DNA of 64,000 nucleotides from an uncultured Lachnospiraceae bacterium (GCA_910576535.1 CAJTKK010000002.1:278483-342482); one strand, 5' to 3'. Positions 8,810-20,112 are shown, counted from the first letter of the stretch. Translations and numbers: made by a program. Notes: generated from the sequence alone by a model not told the origin.

Positions 8810-11050
8810 ATGGATGACAGCAGAATTATCAAAACAGAATATTCGGAAGTGATGCAGAAATCTTATATTGATTATGCAATGAGCGTTATTATTGCAAGAG
8901 CGCTTCCGGATGTAAGGGACGGGCTAAAACCGGTACAGCGCAGAACCTTATATGATATGCACGAACTGGGGATCCGGCATGACAGGCCTTACCGGAAAAG
9001 CGCCCGTATCGTAGGGGATACCATGGGTAAATACCATCCGCATGGGGATAGTTCTATTTATGAAGCCTTGGTGGTGATGACACAGGAATTTAAAAAGGGG
9101 ATGCCTCTTGTGGACGGCCATGGGAATTTCGGGAATATCGAAGGCGATGGTGCAGCGGCTATGCGTTATACGGAAGCGCGGCTGCAGAAGGTTACCCAGG
9201 AAGCCTTTTTGGCCGACTTAGATAAAAATGTGGTGGATTTTATCCCTAATTTTGACGAGACAGAAAAAGAACCGTCCGTACTCCCGGCAAAAGTCCCCAA
9301 TCTGCTGGTGAACGGATCGGAAGGGATTGCCGTAGGCATGGCGACCAGTATCCCTCCCCATAATCTTTCAGAAGTGATTGATGCCGCAAAGGCTTATATG
9401 AATAACCCGGATATTACTACGGAAGAACTGATGAGATATGTGAAAGGCCCGGATTTCCCTACTGGGGGTATCGTGATTAACAAGGATGAGCTGCTTTCCA
9501 TTTATGAAACAGGAACAGGGAAGATAAAAATCCGGGGAAAAGTGGAAACGGAAAAGGGAAAGGGAGGAAAAACGAATCTGGTCATTACACAGATTCCCTA
9601 TCCGATGATTGGCGCCAATATAGGCAAATTTCTTTCCGATGTAGCAAACCTTGCGGAGACAAAGAAAACACAGGATATTGTGGATATTTCCAATCAGTCT
9701 TCCAAAGAAGGCATCCGTATTGTGATTGAACTGAAAAAAGATGCGGATGTCCATAATTTTGTGAATATGCTTTATAAAAAAACCCGTTTAGAAGATACAT
9801 TTGGCGTGAATATGCTGGCAATTTCCGGGGGAAGGCCGGAAACTATGGGGTTAAGGCAGATTATTAAGGAAAATGTTGATTTTCAGTTTGAAGTGGCAAG
9901 GAGAAAGTATAAGACGCTTCTGGAAAAAGAACAGGAACGCAAAGAAGTGCAGGAAGGGCTGATTAAAGCCTGCAATGTGATTGACTTAATTATAGAAATA
10001 TTGCGCGGCAGTAAGGACAGGGCTATGGTAAAAGCCTGTCTGGTGGATGGAAAAACGGATCCGGTTAAGTTTAAGTACAAAGAGTCAAAAATCATGGCTG
10101 CCCAGCTCAGGTTTACGGAAAAACAGGCGAATGCGATATTGGATATGCGCTTGTATAAGCTAATCGGGCTGGAATTGGAAGCGTTGATCAAAGAGCATGA
10201 AGAAACTATGGCAAATATTTACCGTTATGAAGATATTTTAGAGCGGAGGGATTCCATGGCCATGGTTATTATGAATGAACTGGATGCCATGAAAAAGGAA
10301 TATGGAAGGCCGAGAAGAACGGTAATTGAGAATGGGGAAGAGGCGGTTTATGAGGAAAAGAAAATCGAAGAAATGGAAGTGATGTGCCTGATTGACCGGT
10401 TCGGATATGTAAAAACGGTGGATATGCCTACGTATGAAAGAAATAAAGAGTCCGCAGATGCAGAGAATAAGTATGTCTTTCCATGCAAAAATACAGGGCG
10501 GATCTGTGTGTTTACCAATACAGGCCAGTTGCATACCATTAAAGTGCAGGATCTTCCTTTTGGCAAATTCCGCGATAAGGGAGTCCCTCTCGACAATGTG
10601 AGCAACTATAGCGCAGAAAAAGAACGGATTGTATTGGCAGTCAGCCAATCCCGGTTAAATATGCACCGGGTGATTTTTGGCACAAAGCTGTCTATGGTAA
10701 AGACTGTAGACGGCGGGGAATTTGACGTAACCAAGCGAACTGTTGCGGCTACCAAGCTTCAGGATGGGGATGAGGTAGTTTCTGTAGCGGTCTGGAAGGA
10801 ACAGACGGATATTGTTTTGCGGACAGTGGGCGGTTATTTCCTCCGCTTCCCGATAGAAGAAATCCCTGAAAAGAAAAAAAGCGCGGTAGGGGTCCGGGGG
10901 ATGAAACTGGGAAATAAGGATTATGTTGAGAACATTTATTATATACAAAATACAGAGGAACAATTGATTGAATATAAAGAAAAAACTATGGAATTAAATA
11001 AGCTGAAGGCTGGAAAACGGGATTCTAAAGGGACAAAACCGCGTGGGTAA
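8810..11050 (+). CDS. parC: Type IIA topoisomerase A subunit (ParC-like)
   Basis: [28 protein letters not shown]; no QRRGGKG GyrA-box; short C-terminal domain. Confidence 0.8.
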   Translation: MDDSRIIKTEYSEVMQKSYIDYAMSVIIARALPDVRDGLKPVQRRTLYDMHELGIRHDRPYRKSARIVGDTMGKYHPHGDSSIYEALVVMTQEFKKGMPLVDGHGNFGNIEGDGAAAMRYTEARLQKVTQEAFLADLDKNVVDFIPNFDETEKEPSVLPAKVPNLLVNGSEGIAVGMATSIPPHNLSEVIDAAKAYMNNPDITTEELMRYVKGPDFPTGGIVINKDELLSIYETGTGKIKIRGKVETEKGKGGKTNLVITQIPYPMIGANIGKFLSDVANLAETKKTQDIVDISNQSSKEGIRIVIELKKDADVHNFVNMLYKKTRLEDTFGVNMLAISGGRPETMGLRQIIKENVDFQFEVARRKYKTLLEKEQERKEVQEGLIKACNVIDLIIEILRGSKDRAMVKACLVDGKTDPVKFKYKESKIMAAQLRFTEKQANAILDMRLYKLIGLELEALIKEHEETMANIYRYEDILERRDSMAMVIMNELDAMKKEYGRPRRTVIENGEEAVYEEKKIEEMEVMCLIDRFGYVKTVDMPTYERNKESADAENKYVFPCKNTGRICVFTNTGQLHTIKVQDLPFGKFRDKGVPLDNVSNYSAEKERIVLAVSQSRLNMHRVIFGTKLSMVKTVDGGEFDVTKRTVAATKLQDGDEVVSVAVWKEQTDIVLRTVGGYFLRFPIEEIPEKKKSAVGVRGMKLGNKDYVENIYYIQNTEEQLIEYKEKTMELNKLKAGKRDSKGTKPRG

Positions 11051-11150
11051 AATGGATGGATTTGACAAAAAAGGATTGACCCGAAACGGAGAAACGATTA
11101 TGATGATAGAAAGAATGAAAAAAATACGCTGAAAGGTCAGAAAATTTTAT

Positions 11151-11714
11151 ATGAGAGTAATAGCAGGAACGGCCAGGAGCCTACCATTAAAAACACCGTC
11201 CGGAACGGATACCAGGCCTACCACGGACAGAATAAAAGAAACACTTTTTAATATGCTGCAGCCTTATGTGCCTGACGGCATATTCATTGATTTATTCAGC
11301 GGAAGCGGGGGCATTGGCATAGAAGCTTTAAGCCGTGGGGCAAAACATGCCTATTTTGTGGAAAATGACAGGGATGCATTTTTATGTATCCAGTCCAATG
11401 TTGCATTTACGAAACTGGCGGATCAGGCGACGCTTTTCAGGCAGGATGTTTTTAACGCATTAACCATGATCCATGAAAAAGAAGCGGATATTATTTTTAT
11501 GGATCCGCCTTATAACCAGGGTTATGAAGCCAAAACGCTTGCAGCGTTAGCAGACAAGCCTTATGTTACAGAAAATACGTTGATTATTGTGGAAGCGAAG
11601 CTTTCTGAGGACTTTTCTTTTGCTGCCGGTTTGGGGTACCGGATAGAAAGGGAAAAGAATTATAAGACAAATAAGCATGTATTTTTGCGGAAGGAGCAAG
11701 GAAAAGAAGGATGA
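11151..11714 (+). CDS. rsmD: 16S rRNA m2G966 methyltransferase
   Basis: [27 protein letters not shown]. Confidence 0.95.
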   Translation: MRVIAGTARSLPLKTPSGTDTRPTTDRIKETLFNMLQPYVPDGIFIDLFSGSGGIGIEALSRGAKHAYFVENDRDAFLCIQSNVAFTKLADQATLFRQDVFNALTMIHEKEADIIFMDPPYNQGYEAKTLAALADKPYVTENTLIIVEAKLSEDFSFAAGLGYRIEREKNYKTNKHVFLRKEQGKEG

Positions 11715-12196
11715 AAGCTGCGATTTATCCGGGAAGTTTTGATCCGGTTACTTATGGGCATCTGGACGTGATCCATCGGGCTGCGGAGATTTTTGACGAA
11801 TTAACGGTAAGCGTGTTGAACAATCAATTAAAGACTCCATTGTTTTCTGTGGAAGAACGTGTTAAAATATTGGAGGAAGCGACAAAAGATATTCCAAATG
11901 TTAAGGTTGATTCTTTCAGTGGGCTATTAATTGATTATGCAAAGAAGAAAGGCGTGCATGTGGCGATCCGGGGGCTGCGGGCAATTACAGATTTTGAATA
12001 TGAGCTGCAGATTGCCCAGACCAACAAGCTGCTTTCCAAAGGGGAATTGGATACCGTATTTTTGACCACCAGTCTGGAATATGCGTATTTGAGTTCCAGC
12101 AGTGTAAAAGAAATTGCCAGTTTTCATGGGGATATATCCATGTGTGTGCCGGAATTTGTGGCACATCTGATTTATGAAAAATACGGACATAGATAG
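11711..12196 (+). CDS. coaD: Pantetheine-phosphate adenylyltransferase
   Basis: [31 protein letters not shown]. Confidence 0.97.
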   Translation: MKAAIYPGSFDPVTYGHLDVIHRAAEIFDELTVSVLNNQLKTPLFSVEERVKILEEATKDIPNVKVDSFSGLLIDYAKKKGVHVAIRGLRAITDFEYELQIAQTNKLLSKGELDTVFLTTSLEYAYLSSSSVKEIASFHGDISMCVPEFVAHLIYEKYGHR

Positions 12197-12240
12197 TACT
12201 GCTAAACATTTGCTGCAGCAGTAATGGGAGAGGTTACCAT

Positions 12241-12852
12241 ATGAGCAGTAGGATTGAACAATTAATTGATGAAATTGAAGAATACATTGATAATTGTAAA
12301 TATCAGGCGTTATCCAATACGAAAATAATCGTAAATAAGGAAGAAATTGACGAACTTCTCAGGGAGCTTAGAATGAAGACCCCTGATGAAATTAAACGTT
12401 ATCAGAAGATCATAAGCAATAAAGAAGCGATCTTAAATGATGCCAGGACGAAAGCGGAAGCGTTAATCAATGAAGCGACAGTGCAGACGAACGAGCTGAT
12501 CAATGAGCATGAAATTATGCAGCAGGCCTATTCACAAGCAAATGAAATTGTAACGCTTGCAAGCCATCAGGCACAGGAAATCCTGGATAATGCCACAATT
12601 GAAGCAAATAATATGAAAGCGGCAGCAATTCAGTATACGGATGAAATGCTGGCGAATCTGGAAAACCTGATTGTTCAGACCGTAAATATGACGGCTTCCC
12701 ATTACGAAAGTTTTATGAACAATCTCAACGGTTATGCGGAAATTATCCGTACCAACCGGTCAGATCTGCACCCGCAGGAAGTGGATTCCATTTATGGCGG
12801 GGCGGAAGGCGGGGAAGGCAGCGAATCCTTGAACTTAGATCTGCTTAAATAG
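12241..12852 (+). CDS. Conserved coiled-coil protein following coaD (often labelled ATPase/DivIVA-like)
   Basis: Helical A...EA repeats; usual position after rsmD-coaD in Clostridia. Confidence 0.7.
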   Translation: MSSRIEQLIDEIEEYIDNCKYQALSNTKIIVNKEEIDELLRELRMKTPDEIKRYQKIISNKEAILNDARTKAEALINEATVQTNELINEHEIMQQAYSQANEIVTLASHQAQEILDNATIEANNMKAAAIQYTDEMLANLENLIVQTVNMTASHYESFMNNLNGYAEIIRTNRSDLHPQEVDSIYGGAEGGEGSESLNLDLLK

Positions 12853-12913
12853 TGCAGTATAACAATATATCCATATAGCCTTTTATGAGGCAAGAGGGTA
12901 TGAACAGAACCGG

Positions 12914-12950
12914 AGCCGGTTCCGCCTGAAATGACGGAGCCGGTTTTTCT
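12914..12950 (+). terminator. Terminator
   Basis: AGCCGGTTCCG...CGGAGCCGGTT followed by a T-tract. Confidence 0.6.
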
Positions 12951-13063
12951 ATCATAGGATTTGAAATCCCAAAGTCCTGCCAGGCAGCCACATCCGGCAT
13001 ATGGCAAAAGATATTGTGTAAACGGCTTGGGGGCAGTGAGGGGGAGACTCAAAAAGGAGATAA

Positions 13064-14407
13064 ATGAAAAATATGAAGTTTAGTTTGAATATGGTACTGG
13101 GCTGCTTTTTGGGGCTGCTATTTTTTTGCTCGAAAGGTGTGACCGTATATGGGGCAAAGCCAGTTACAGTCGTGCTGGATCCTGGGCATGGAGGGGCAAA
13201 TTTAGGTGCGGAATATAATGGATATACGGAAAAAGATATGACTATGATTGTGGCTGAGGCAATGAAGGAGGAACTGGAAAAGTACGATGGGGTTGAGGTG
13301 TATCTTACCCGTGAAGGCGATGGAGATATGAGCCTGGAGGAACGGGCGGAATTTGCAGCATCCAAAAATGCGGATTTTCTTTTTTGCCTGCACTTCAACA
13401 TGTCTTTGAGCCATGAACTTTTTGGTTCTGAGGTATGGATTTCTGCATTTGGAGAGGAACACCAAGCCGGATATGCATTTGCCGGCGCTGAAATGGAACT
13501 ATTGGAAAATATGGGGCTTTATCCAAGGGGAATCAAGACAAGGTTAAATGATAAAGGGGAGGATTATTACGGGATCATCCGGCATTCTACGGCAAGGGAT
13601 ATTCCTTCTGCGATTATCGAACACTGTCATCTGGATCAGGAAAGGGATGAATCTTTTTATTCTTCCAGGGAAAAATTAAAGCAGTTTGGCATTTTGGATG
13701 CAACGGCGGCGGCAAAATATTTTGGTTTAAAATCGGATATTTTGGGCGTGGACTATAGCGGTTACCGTAAAGAAGAAATTCCTGTTCCAAATGCCCCAGT
13801 GAAACCGGATACATCGGAGCCGGATGTCTGTGTCATTGACGTTGATCACGTGGATGAAGAAACAGGGGAAATCACGGTTTCCGTTTATGCGGCGGATTAT
13901 GATAGTTATATTTTGTATTACAGCTATAGCCTGGATGGCGGGGAAAGCTTTTCCAGCCTATATGAGTGGGAACCGCGCAGTTCGGATATGCTTCAGTTTA
14001 CGGCAAAAGCGCCGTCCGGGACAGTGCCTGAACTTGTGGTAAATGTATACAATAAATACGACTATATAACGGCGAGTAATCATATCTTTCTCCCCTCTAT
14101 GGTTTACGGGGAGGAAGAAACGGATGATGAGAGAAAGGAAGCGGCGCCGGAAAACGGGACGGATGATGAGGCAGTGGAAGCAGGGAGCATGGCGGCTAAG
14201 AATACTCTGCCTGCTGCGAAGGAGAAAGAGGATAAGGAAAAATCAGCCCAACAGGCAACGGTTCTTTACTTCCTGCAAGTAGCATTCATTTGTGCTTCCA
14301 TTTTATTCGTCCTGTTTTTGATGGCAGGCCTTCTTATAAGGAAGCGGCCGCCATCAAAGAAGAAACGAAGACGGAAAAAACAGAAACCAAAGGATGTAGT
14401 AAAATAA
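13064..14407 (+). CDS. Membrane-anchored N-acetylmuramoyl-L-alanine amidase (Amidase_3)
   Basis: Signal peptide; LDPGHGG, EK, LHFN, IIE motifs; C-terminal TM followed by a basic tail. Confidence 0.85.
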   Translation: MKNMKFSLNMVLGCFLGLLFFCSKGVTVYGAKPVTVVLDPGHGGANLGAEYNGYTEKDMTMIVAEAMKEELEKYDGVEVYLTREGDGDMSLEERAEFAASKNADFLFCLHFNMSLSHELFGSEVWISAFGEEHQAGYAFAGAEMELLENMGLYPRGIKTRLNDKGEDYYGIIRHSTARDIPSAIIEHCHLDQERDESFYSSREKLKQFGILDATAAAKYFGLKSDILGVDYSGYRKEEIPVPNAPVKPDTSEPDVCVIDVDHVDEETGEITVSVYAADYDSYILYYSYSLDGGESFSSLYEWEPRSSDMLQFTAKAPSGTVPELVVNVYNKYDYITASNHIFLPSMVYGEEETDDERKEAAPENGTDDEAVEAGSMAAKNTLPAAKEKEDKEKSAQQATVLYFLQVAFICASILFVLFLMAGLLIRKRPPSKKKRRRKKQKPKDVVK

Positions 14408-15340
14408 TGTAATAGCTGAAAGAATGAGCTTGTGGATGATATAATGCTTTAAAGAAAGATTGGTATCTTTTATCATGCTGTAGGTCTGGGCAATGCAGGA
14501 AAATCCGCCAAAGGGAAGAAGAAGAAGCACAATAAGAGGGGATTGGCTGCCTATGCGGCTGATACCGCTGGTAATTTCCAAAAGACAATTGATTACCGCC
14601 CCCCAATCAGTGTCGGTTAAGGGAAGCGGGGGAAGCAATGCATGAGGCGCCAGATTGAGCAGATTAAAAAAGACCATATACCCACCCAGCTTTGCGATGC
14701 TGTAAAGACCGGATAAAATGGAATCATCCAGGGTGTCCAATAAGGATATAGGGGAAGCCCCTTCCGCTGCCGAAAGAATATTTTTTAATTTGCGGACAGG
14801 CTTTGAAGAAACAGGAATGGGAAGACTGTTTTTATATAAGGTATATCTTAAGAAAATACCATAACATAGGGGGAGTCCATACATACCAAAAAGGTATGGG
14901 AAAATCAGTTTTAGCCGTAACGAGGGCAGGACAAAACTGATAAAATACACGGGACCGATATTGTTGCAGAAAGCCAGCAAAAAAGAAGCTTCTTTTTGGG
15001 AAAGCTTATGACAGGAATATAAATCAGCGATTACTTTTGCTCCCATAGGAAAGCCGCAAAGGAATCCGATGGCAAGAGCATAGATACCATTTAAACTCAC
15101 TTTCAAAAGGGGGAGGAAGAATGGGCTGATGATTTTTACCACATGCTCCGTTAAGTTAAGACGTATCATAATGCCGGACAGAATCATGAACGGGAGCAGC
15201 GTAGGCACCATACGATTGAACCAAAGCTGTAAGCCGGTCAGCGAAAAGGCCAGGCTTTCTTTGGGGAATGCCAAAAGCAGGGCAGTCATTATAAAGAACA
15301 GAAAGGTAAAAAGAAAGGTTTTGCTTTTTTTTCTCAACAT
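14354..15340 (-). CDS. ylbJ: Sporulation integral membrane protein YlbJ-like
   Basis: GLQLWFNRMVPTLLPFMI, GFLCGFPMGAK, LLEITSG, FGGFSCIAQ. Confidence 0.8.
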   Translation of the reverse strand: MLRKKSKTFLFTFLFFIMTALLLAFPKESLAFSLTGLQLWFNRMVPTLLPFMILSGIMIRLNLTEHVVKIISPFFLPLLKVSLNGIYALAIGFLCGFPMGAKVIADLYSCHKLSQKEASFLLAFCNNIGPVYFISFVLPSLRLKLIFPYLFGMYGLPLCYGIFLRYTLYKNSLPIPVSSKPVRKLKNILSAAEGASPISLLDTLDDSILSGLYSIAKLGGYMVFFNLLNLAPHALLPPLPLTDTDWGAVINCLLEITSGISRIGSQSPLIVLLLLPFGGFSCIAQTYSMIKDTNLSLKHYIIHKLILSAITLFYYILWFLFFPSSFLL

Positions 15341-15373
15341 ATCACCAGGTTTGATGTCTTAAGGCTTATTACC

Positions 15374-15401
15374 AATATATGAAACAGATGAAAAATTAGA
15401 A
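15374..15401 (-). promoter_or_regulatory. Putative sigma-E promoter of ylbJ
   Basis: TTCTAAT-N13-CATATATT on the minus strand. Confidence 0.4.
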
Positions 15402-15431
15402 GTGTATGAAAAAAGGATGGAAGGTGGAAGA

Positions 15432-16142
15432 ATGCTCCGTTTGGATAAGTTTTTATGCGATGTTAAAGCCGGAAGCCGAAGTCAGGTAAAAGGATATTTA
15501 AAACAAGGGCTTGTAAAGGTCAATGGCGAAACAATAAAAAGACCGGAATATAAAGTGGATGAAGATAAGGACGTAGTATCTTTTCAGGGAAAGGAAATTA
15601 CTTATAGAAAATATGTCTATTATATGCTGAATAAACCGAAAGGAGCCGTATCCGCCACAAAAGACCCGATGTGCCTTACTGTTACGGAACTTTTAAAAGA
15701 CACAGGATATGATGATCTTTTTCCGGTGGGGAGGCTGGATAAGGATACGGAAGGACTGCTGCTTATGACAAATGACGGCAGTCTGGCGCATAATCTGCTC
15801 TCGCCCAGAAAGCATGTGGAAAAAATATATTATGCCAGACTGGCAAGACCGCTGTTGGAAGAAAAGAGAAAAGAGTTAGAAGAAGGGGTGGATATCGGGG
15901 AAGGGATATTGACCTTGCCGGCAAAGGTGGAACGGATAACAGAAACAAGCATTCATTTAACGATAACGGAAGGAAAGTATCATCAAGTAAAGAGGATGCT
16001 CCAGGCAGTGGGGAATGAGGTGGTTTACTTAAAGAGAATTGCAATGGGAGGAATTTTTTTGGATGAAAGTCTTCTTAGCGGGGAATACAGGGAACTGACA
16101 GAAGAAGAGAGGAAAGCGGCCGCTTTCAAAAAGTATCAATAA
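15432..16142 (+). CDS. RsuA-family pseudouridine synthase
   Basis: S4 domain RLDKFL, NKPKG, VGRLDKDTEGLL, EGKYHQVKRM. Confidence 0.92.
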   Translation: MLRLDKFLCDVKAGSRSQVKGYLKQGLVKVNGETIKRPEYKVDEDKDVVSFQGKEITYRKYVYYMLNKPKGAVSATKDPMCLTVTELLKDTGYDDLFPVGRLDKDTEGLLLMTNDGSLAHNLLSPRKHVEKIYYARLARPLLEEKRKELEEGVDIGEGILTLPAKVERITETSIHLTITEGKYHQVKRMLQAVGNEVVYLKRIAMGGIFLDESLLSGEYRELTEEERKAAAFKKYQ

Positions 16143-16172
16143 AGCATTGGTTCAGTTTTACGGAGGATAAAA

Positions 16173-17705
16173 ATGAAATGGATCAAAAAATTATTTTATG
16201 GTATTTTGGGCTTATTGTCATTGCTTAGCTTATTTATTATACTTTGTGCTTTTCAGCCAAAACTAGCGGATCAGGTATCGGATTTTCTCTACCGGACGAT
16301 GAGGAATGGGGATCATGCCGGACAGGAAAGGGGGAACCCGGACATACCGGCTCAAACAGAGGAAAATAGCGGCGTGAATAAGCATGACGGGACAGATGCC
16401 GGCTTAGGCCATCCTGTGGATAGCAGTATGGAAACGGCAAAGGACAAGGAGCCGGATGATGGACTGGATCCAGGCCTTGTTTCCGGTTATGTGCCGCCAG
16501 AACGGTCGGATATTGATATGCCGGAAGAAGTGGCAGGCCGCAGCGGATATCTCCCGGTACAGGAAGATGTGGAAGAAATTGATGAAGAGGAAGCCGAAGA
16601 GCTTAAGCAGTTTTATACCTATGGTGAGACGGGGGAGGGGCTAAGCTTTGATACGGATTATTATCCTTATTACGGAATGCTGACCGAAAAAGAGCAATCT
16701 CTATACCGGCAGATTTATGCCAATGCCATGGCGGTAAACGGTATTTTTAACCCGGTAGAGGCGGTATCGCAGAGGGAGTTGCGTAATACTTTCCTGTCAG
16801 TCTTTCACGACCATCCAGAGCTGTTCTGGATGGACTGCGCGTATGGGGGGAAGTTCTCAAGAAACGGGGAGTGTGCGGAAATCTCCCTGCAGTTTAATTA
16901 TTTAGTGGATAACCTGGAGAAAGCGAAGTATGAGTTTCAGGCCGCTGCAGAAGAAATTCTTGCGGGGACGCAGGGAAGCGATTATGAGAAAGAGGTATAT
17001 GTGCATAATGCGCTGGCAGACCGGATAGAATATGACCTTCAGGCTCCGCTTAATCAAAGCGCATACAGTGCTTTGGTCAATGACAGGACTGTATGCGCAG
17101 GCTATGCCAGAAGCCTTCAATATCTGATGACCCAACTGGGGATTCCCTGTTATTACTGCACAGGTTTTGCAGGCGAGAATCATGCATGGAATATTATCCG
17201 CTTAGATGATGAGTACTATAATGTGGATGTTACCTGGGATGATACAACGCCAAATACTTATGATTATTTTAATAAAACGGATTATGATTTTGCGCCGACC
17301 CATAGAAGGGAGGATCTTTCCGTATATCTTCCACCGTGCAATGGAACAAAATACGGCAATCTGGAAAGCAATGAAATAATGGAAGGGGCAAGCGTTGATG
17401 GTAGGAGAAGTTTGGAAGATGCCGGTTTTTCGGAAGAGGATGTGTTGCATGGCCTGGAAGATTATTACAGCGACTGTTACCGCCAGATTATGGATCAGAA
17501 CGGATCAGCCCAGTTTGAGAATATTGTGGACAGCGAAGAACTTTGGCTAAGCTGTTATCAGGCCTATGAAGACAATAGTTATTCCGCCGGATATATGGAT
17601 GCCGTGCTGGAGGAATTGCAGGCGGAAGGGTGCGAAGTGGATATTGAGGCGGAAATCCTGCGGGACGGAAGAGTGCTTTTAAAGCACAAAATCCGCTTTT
17701 TCTGA
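16173..17705 (+). CDS. Membrane-anchored transglutaminase-like (Cys protease fold) protein
   Basis: N-terminal TM, acidic linker, triad motifs VCAGYA, HAWN, VDVTWD. Confidence 0.8.
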   Translation: MKWIKKLFYGILGLLSLLSLFIILCAFQPKLADQVSDFLYRTMRNGDHAGQERGNPDIPAQTEENSGVNKHDGTDAGLGHPVDSSMETAKDKEPDDGLDPGLVSGYVPPERSDIDMPEEVAGRSGYLPVQEDVEEIDEEEAEELKQFYTYGETGEGLSFDTDYYPYYGMLTEKEQSLYRQIYANAMAVNGIFNPVEAVSQRELRNTFLSVFHDHPELFWMDCAYGGKFSRNGECAEISLQFNYLVDNLEKAKYEFQAAAEEILAGTQGSDYEKEVYVHNALADRIEYDLQAPLNQSAYSALVNDRTVCAGYARSLQYLMTQLGIPCYYCTGFAGENHAWNIIRLDDEYYNVDVTWDDTTPNTYDYFNKTDYDFAPTHRREDLSVYLPPCNGTKYGNLESNEIMEGASVDGRRSLEDAGFSEEDVLHGLEDYYSDCYRQIMDQNGSAQFENIVDSEELWLSCYQAYEDNSYSAGYMDAVLEELQAEGCEVDIEAEILRDGRVLLKHKIRFF

Positions 17706-17842
17706 AGAAAATGGAATTTTTTTGAAAAATCCAGGTGAGATATGATAGGATAGGTTAAGCGTTAGCGGCAAGAATTCATGTCATAAAACTGGATAAAAGA
17801 GAAACGGAAATAAGCGGTTGCGGTAAAAGAAGGGAGATTAGA

Positions 17843-19438
17843 ATGGAAAGTATCTTAAAAAATAAATATTACTTGTATTTGACTGAATTTTTTGCTGGGA
17901 TGTCTGTTATGGCGGTAGAATTGGGGGCCAGCCGTCTGCTGGCGCCATATTTCAGTTCTTCCCAAATTGTATGGACGATAATTATCGGAACGATTATGAT
18001 AGCCATGGCGCTTGGGAATATCTGGGGCGGAAGAAGCGCGGATAAAAACCCTGACCCGGACAGGCTATATATGAGATTGATTATCGCAGCGCTGTGGATT
18101 GCGGCGATTCCGGTAGTTGGAAAATATATTATTCTTGCGATTTCGGCAGTCCTGGTTATGAGCATAAACAATAATTTTCTGATTTTGGCTGGTTTTGCAG
18201 CTTGTATGGTAATTTTTGTATTTCCTTTATTTTTGCTTGGTACAGTAACGCCGTCTTTGGTAAAATACACAGTGGACAGTTTGGATGACAGCGGGAAGAC
18301 GGTGGGAACTTTAGGGGCTTTTAATACGATTGGCAGTATTATTGGAACATTTATGCCTACCTTTGTTACTATTCCCGCAGTGGGTACAGCAGTTACTTTC
18401 CTGATTTTTTCCGGTGTGCTTCTTGTGTTGGGGCTTGTCTACTTTCTAAGCAGAAAGGTGAAAGGAAAAGCCTGTGCCATAGCGGTATTCTTTTTCATTG
18501 TATGCAGTATTTTGGGGCATTCCGGCAGTTTTGCCTTTTGGGAAGGCAGGCTGCTTTACGAAGGGGAATCTATTTATAATTATCTTCAGGTAAAAGATAC
18601 GGATGACAGCGTCATCCTTTCTACCAATGTATTGTTCGGCGTCCAGTCCATAATGAAAAAGGGAGATTCCCTTACCGGAATGTATTATGATTATGCACTG
18701 GCTGCGCCGGTGATGGCAGGGATTCATGAAAAGAAGGGCGCGGATATCCTGATATTAGGGATGGGGACAGGAACTTATGCAAAGCAATGTATGCATTATT
18801 TTGAGAATATTTCCGTGGAAGGGGTAGAAATTGACCAGAAGATTACAGATCTGGCGGGGGAATATTTTGCCCTTCCAGATACCGTGGAAGTGACAACATA
18901 TGACGGGCGGGCTTATTTACAGGCTGTAGATAAAAAGTATGATGTGATTATGGTAGATGCTTATCAGGATATTACCATTCCCTTTCAGATGTCTTCGGTT
19001 GAATTTTTTATGTTGGTGAAGGAGCATTTAAAAGAAGATGGCGTAATGGTGGTTAATATGAACATGCATTCGGATGAGGAAGGTAATATTAATGAATATC
19101 TCTCCGATACAATTGCCAATGTGTTCCCTTCCGTATATACGGCGGATGTTTGGGGATCCACGAACCGTGAGCTTTTTGCTGCGCAAAACAGGGAAATTTT
19201 AGAATATTTTACAGAGAAGATAGATTTGTTGGGGAATGAAGAATTAGCGGATATGATGCGGCAGGTTTCTGGAAGGTTATCGGCATATGAAAAAGGAGAG
19301 CTATTGCTGACAGATGACAAAGCTCCGGTAGAATTGCTGGGGATGAGTGTGATTGACGGGCTGATTCAAAATGAGATTGGATATTATAAAAAGGTCTTTA
19401 AAGAAGAAGGGATCCGGGGCATTTTAAATGCTATGTAA
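17843..19438 (+). CDS. Fused MFS-like membrane domain/spermidine synthase-like methyltransferase
   Basis: Multi-TM N-terminus (ELGASRLLAPYF); LGMGTG, VEID, DGR, DAY, LLTDDKAP. Confidence 0.85.
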   Translation: MESILKNKYYLYLTEFFAGMSVMAVELGASRLLAPYFSSSQIVWTIIIGTIMIAMALGNIWGGRSADKNPDPDRLYMRLIIAALWIAAIPVVGKYIILAISAVLVMSINNNFLILAGFAACMVIFVFPLFLLGTVTPSLVKYTVDSLDDSGKTVGTLGAFNTIGSIIGTFMPTFVTIPAVGTAVTFLIFSGVLLVLGLVYFLSRKVKGKACAIAVFFFIVCSILGHSGSFAFWEGRLLYEGESIYNYLQVKDTDDSVILSTNVLFGVQSIMKKGDSLTGMYYDYALAAPVMAGIHEKKGADILILGMGTGTYAKQCMHYFENISVEGVEIDQKITDLAGEYFALPDTVEVTTYDGRAYLQAVDKKYDVIMVDAYQDITIPFQMSSVEFFMLVKEHLKEDGVMVVNMNMHSDEEGNINEYLSDTIANVFPSVYTADVWGSTNRELFAAQNREILEYFTEKIDLLGNEELADMMRQVSGRLSAYEKGELLLTDDKAPVELLGMSVIDGLIQNEIGYYKKVFKEEGIRGILNAM

Positions 19439-19457
19439 GGCAGAATGACGATTGCCA

Positions 19458-19847
19458 TTAAAAAACCTTCCCGGAGGATATCCGGGAAATGTGTTTTTTA
19501 ATGGCATCGAAACTTTCTTTGCTGATGACATGTTCGATGCGGCAGGCATCACTGGCAGCAATGTCTGGATTTACCCCGAGCGAAGAAAGCCAGTTGCTTA
19601 ATACTTCATGCCGCTCATAAATCATATCCGCAATTTCCTGTCCAGATTCCGTTAAATAGATAAATCCCTCTTTTGTAACGGTAATGTGTTCTTTTTCCCT
19701 CAGATTTTTCATTGCTACACTAACGCTTGATTTTTTGAACCCTAAGAATTCCGCGATGTCTACCGAACGGACAACAGGACGGGTTTTACTGAGTATCAAT
19801 ATGGTTTCCAGATAATTTTCTGCTGATTCATTTATATTTCTCATCAT
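19458..19847 (-). CDS. DtxR/MntR family metal-dependent regulator
   Basis: ENYLETI, SVSVAMKNL, YERHE, DACRIEH. Confidence 0.92.
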   Translation of the reverse strand: MMRNINESAENYLETILILSKTRPVVRSVDIAEFLGFKKSSVSVAMKNLREKEHITVTKEGFIYLTESGQEIADMIYERHEVLSNWLSSLGVNPDIAASDACRIEHVISKESFDAIKKHISRISSGKVF

Positions 19848-19912
19848 ATTCTCCTATGTTAAGGCAGAATGCTTTTGCCTCTTTGTTCCTATGAAAAAGT
19901 TTGTTGTCCTAT

Positions 19913-19941
19913 AGTATATTGATTTATGGTAATGTTGTCAA
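19913..19941 (-). promoter_or_regulatory. Sigma-A promoter of the DtxR/MntR gene
   Basis: TTGACA-N17-TATACT on the minus strand. Confidence 0.7.
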
Positions 19942-20068
19942 CGGAATGAAAGGTTTTTATGAACCCGTTTAGTATTTCCCTTAAAAAGGGGCAGACAAAG
20001 AAGCTGCTTTGGATGAGCTTAAAGAGATTGCTTTTTCAATGAGCATGGAAGAGATAATAAAAAGCTTC

Positions 20069-20097
20069 TTGACATCTCGATATGGTTAGTGTATACT
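20069..20097 (+). promoter_or_regulatory. Sigma-A promoter of the feo operon
   Basis: TTGACA-N17-TATACT. Confidence 0.8.
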
Positions 20098-20100
20098 AAC
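20085..20100. promoter_or_regulatory. DtxR/MntR-type operator
   Basis: GTTAGTGTATACTAAC near-palindrome overlapping the -10 element. Confidence 0.7.
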
Positions 20101-20112
20101 TGTATGGATAGA

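Noticed and set aside
19959..20042. 27-aa ORF with GAAAGG upstream
   Set aside because: Lies between divergent promoters with no evident promoter or protein features.
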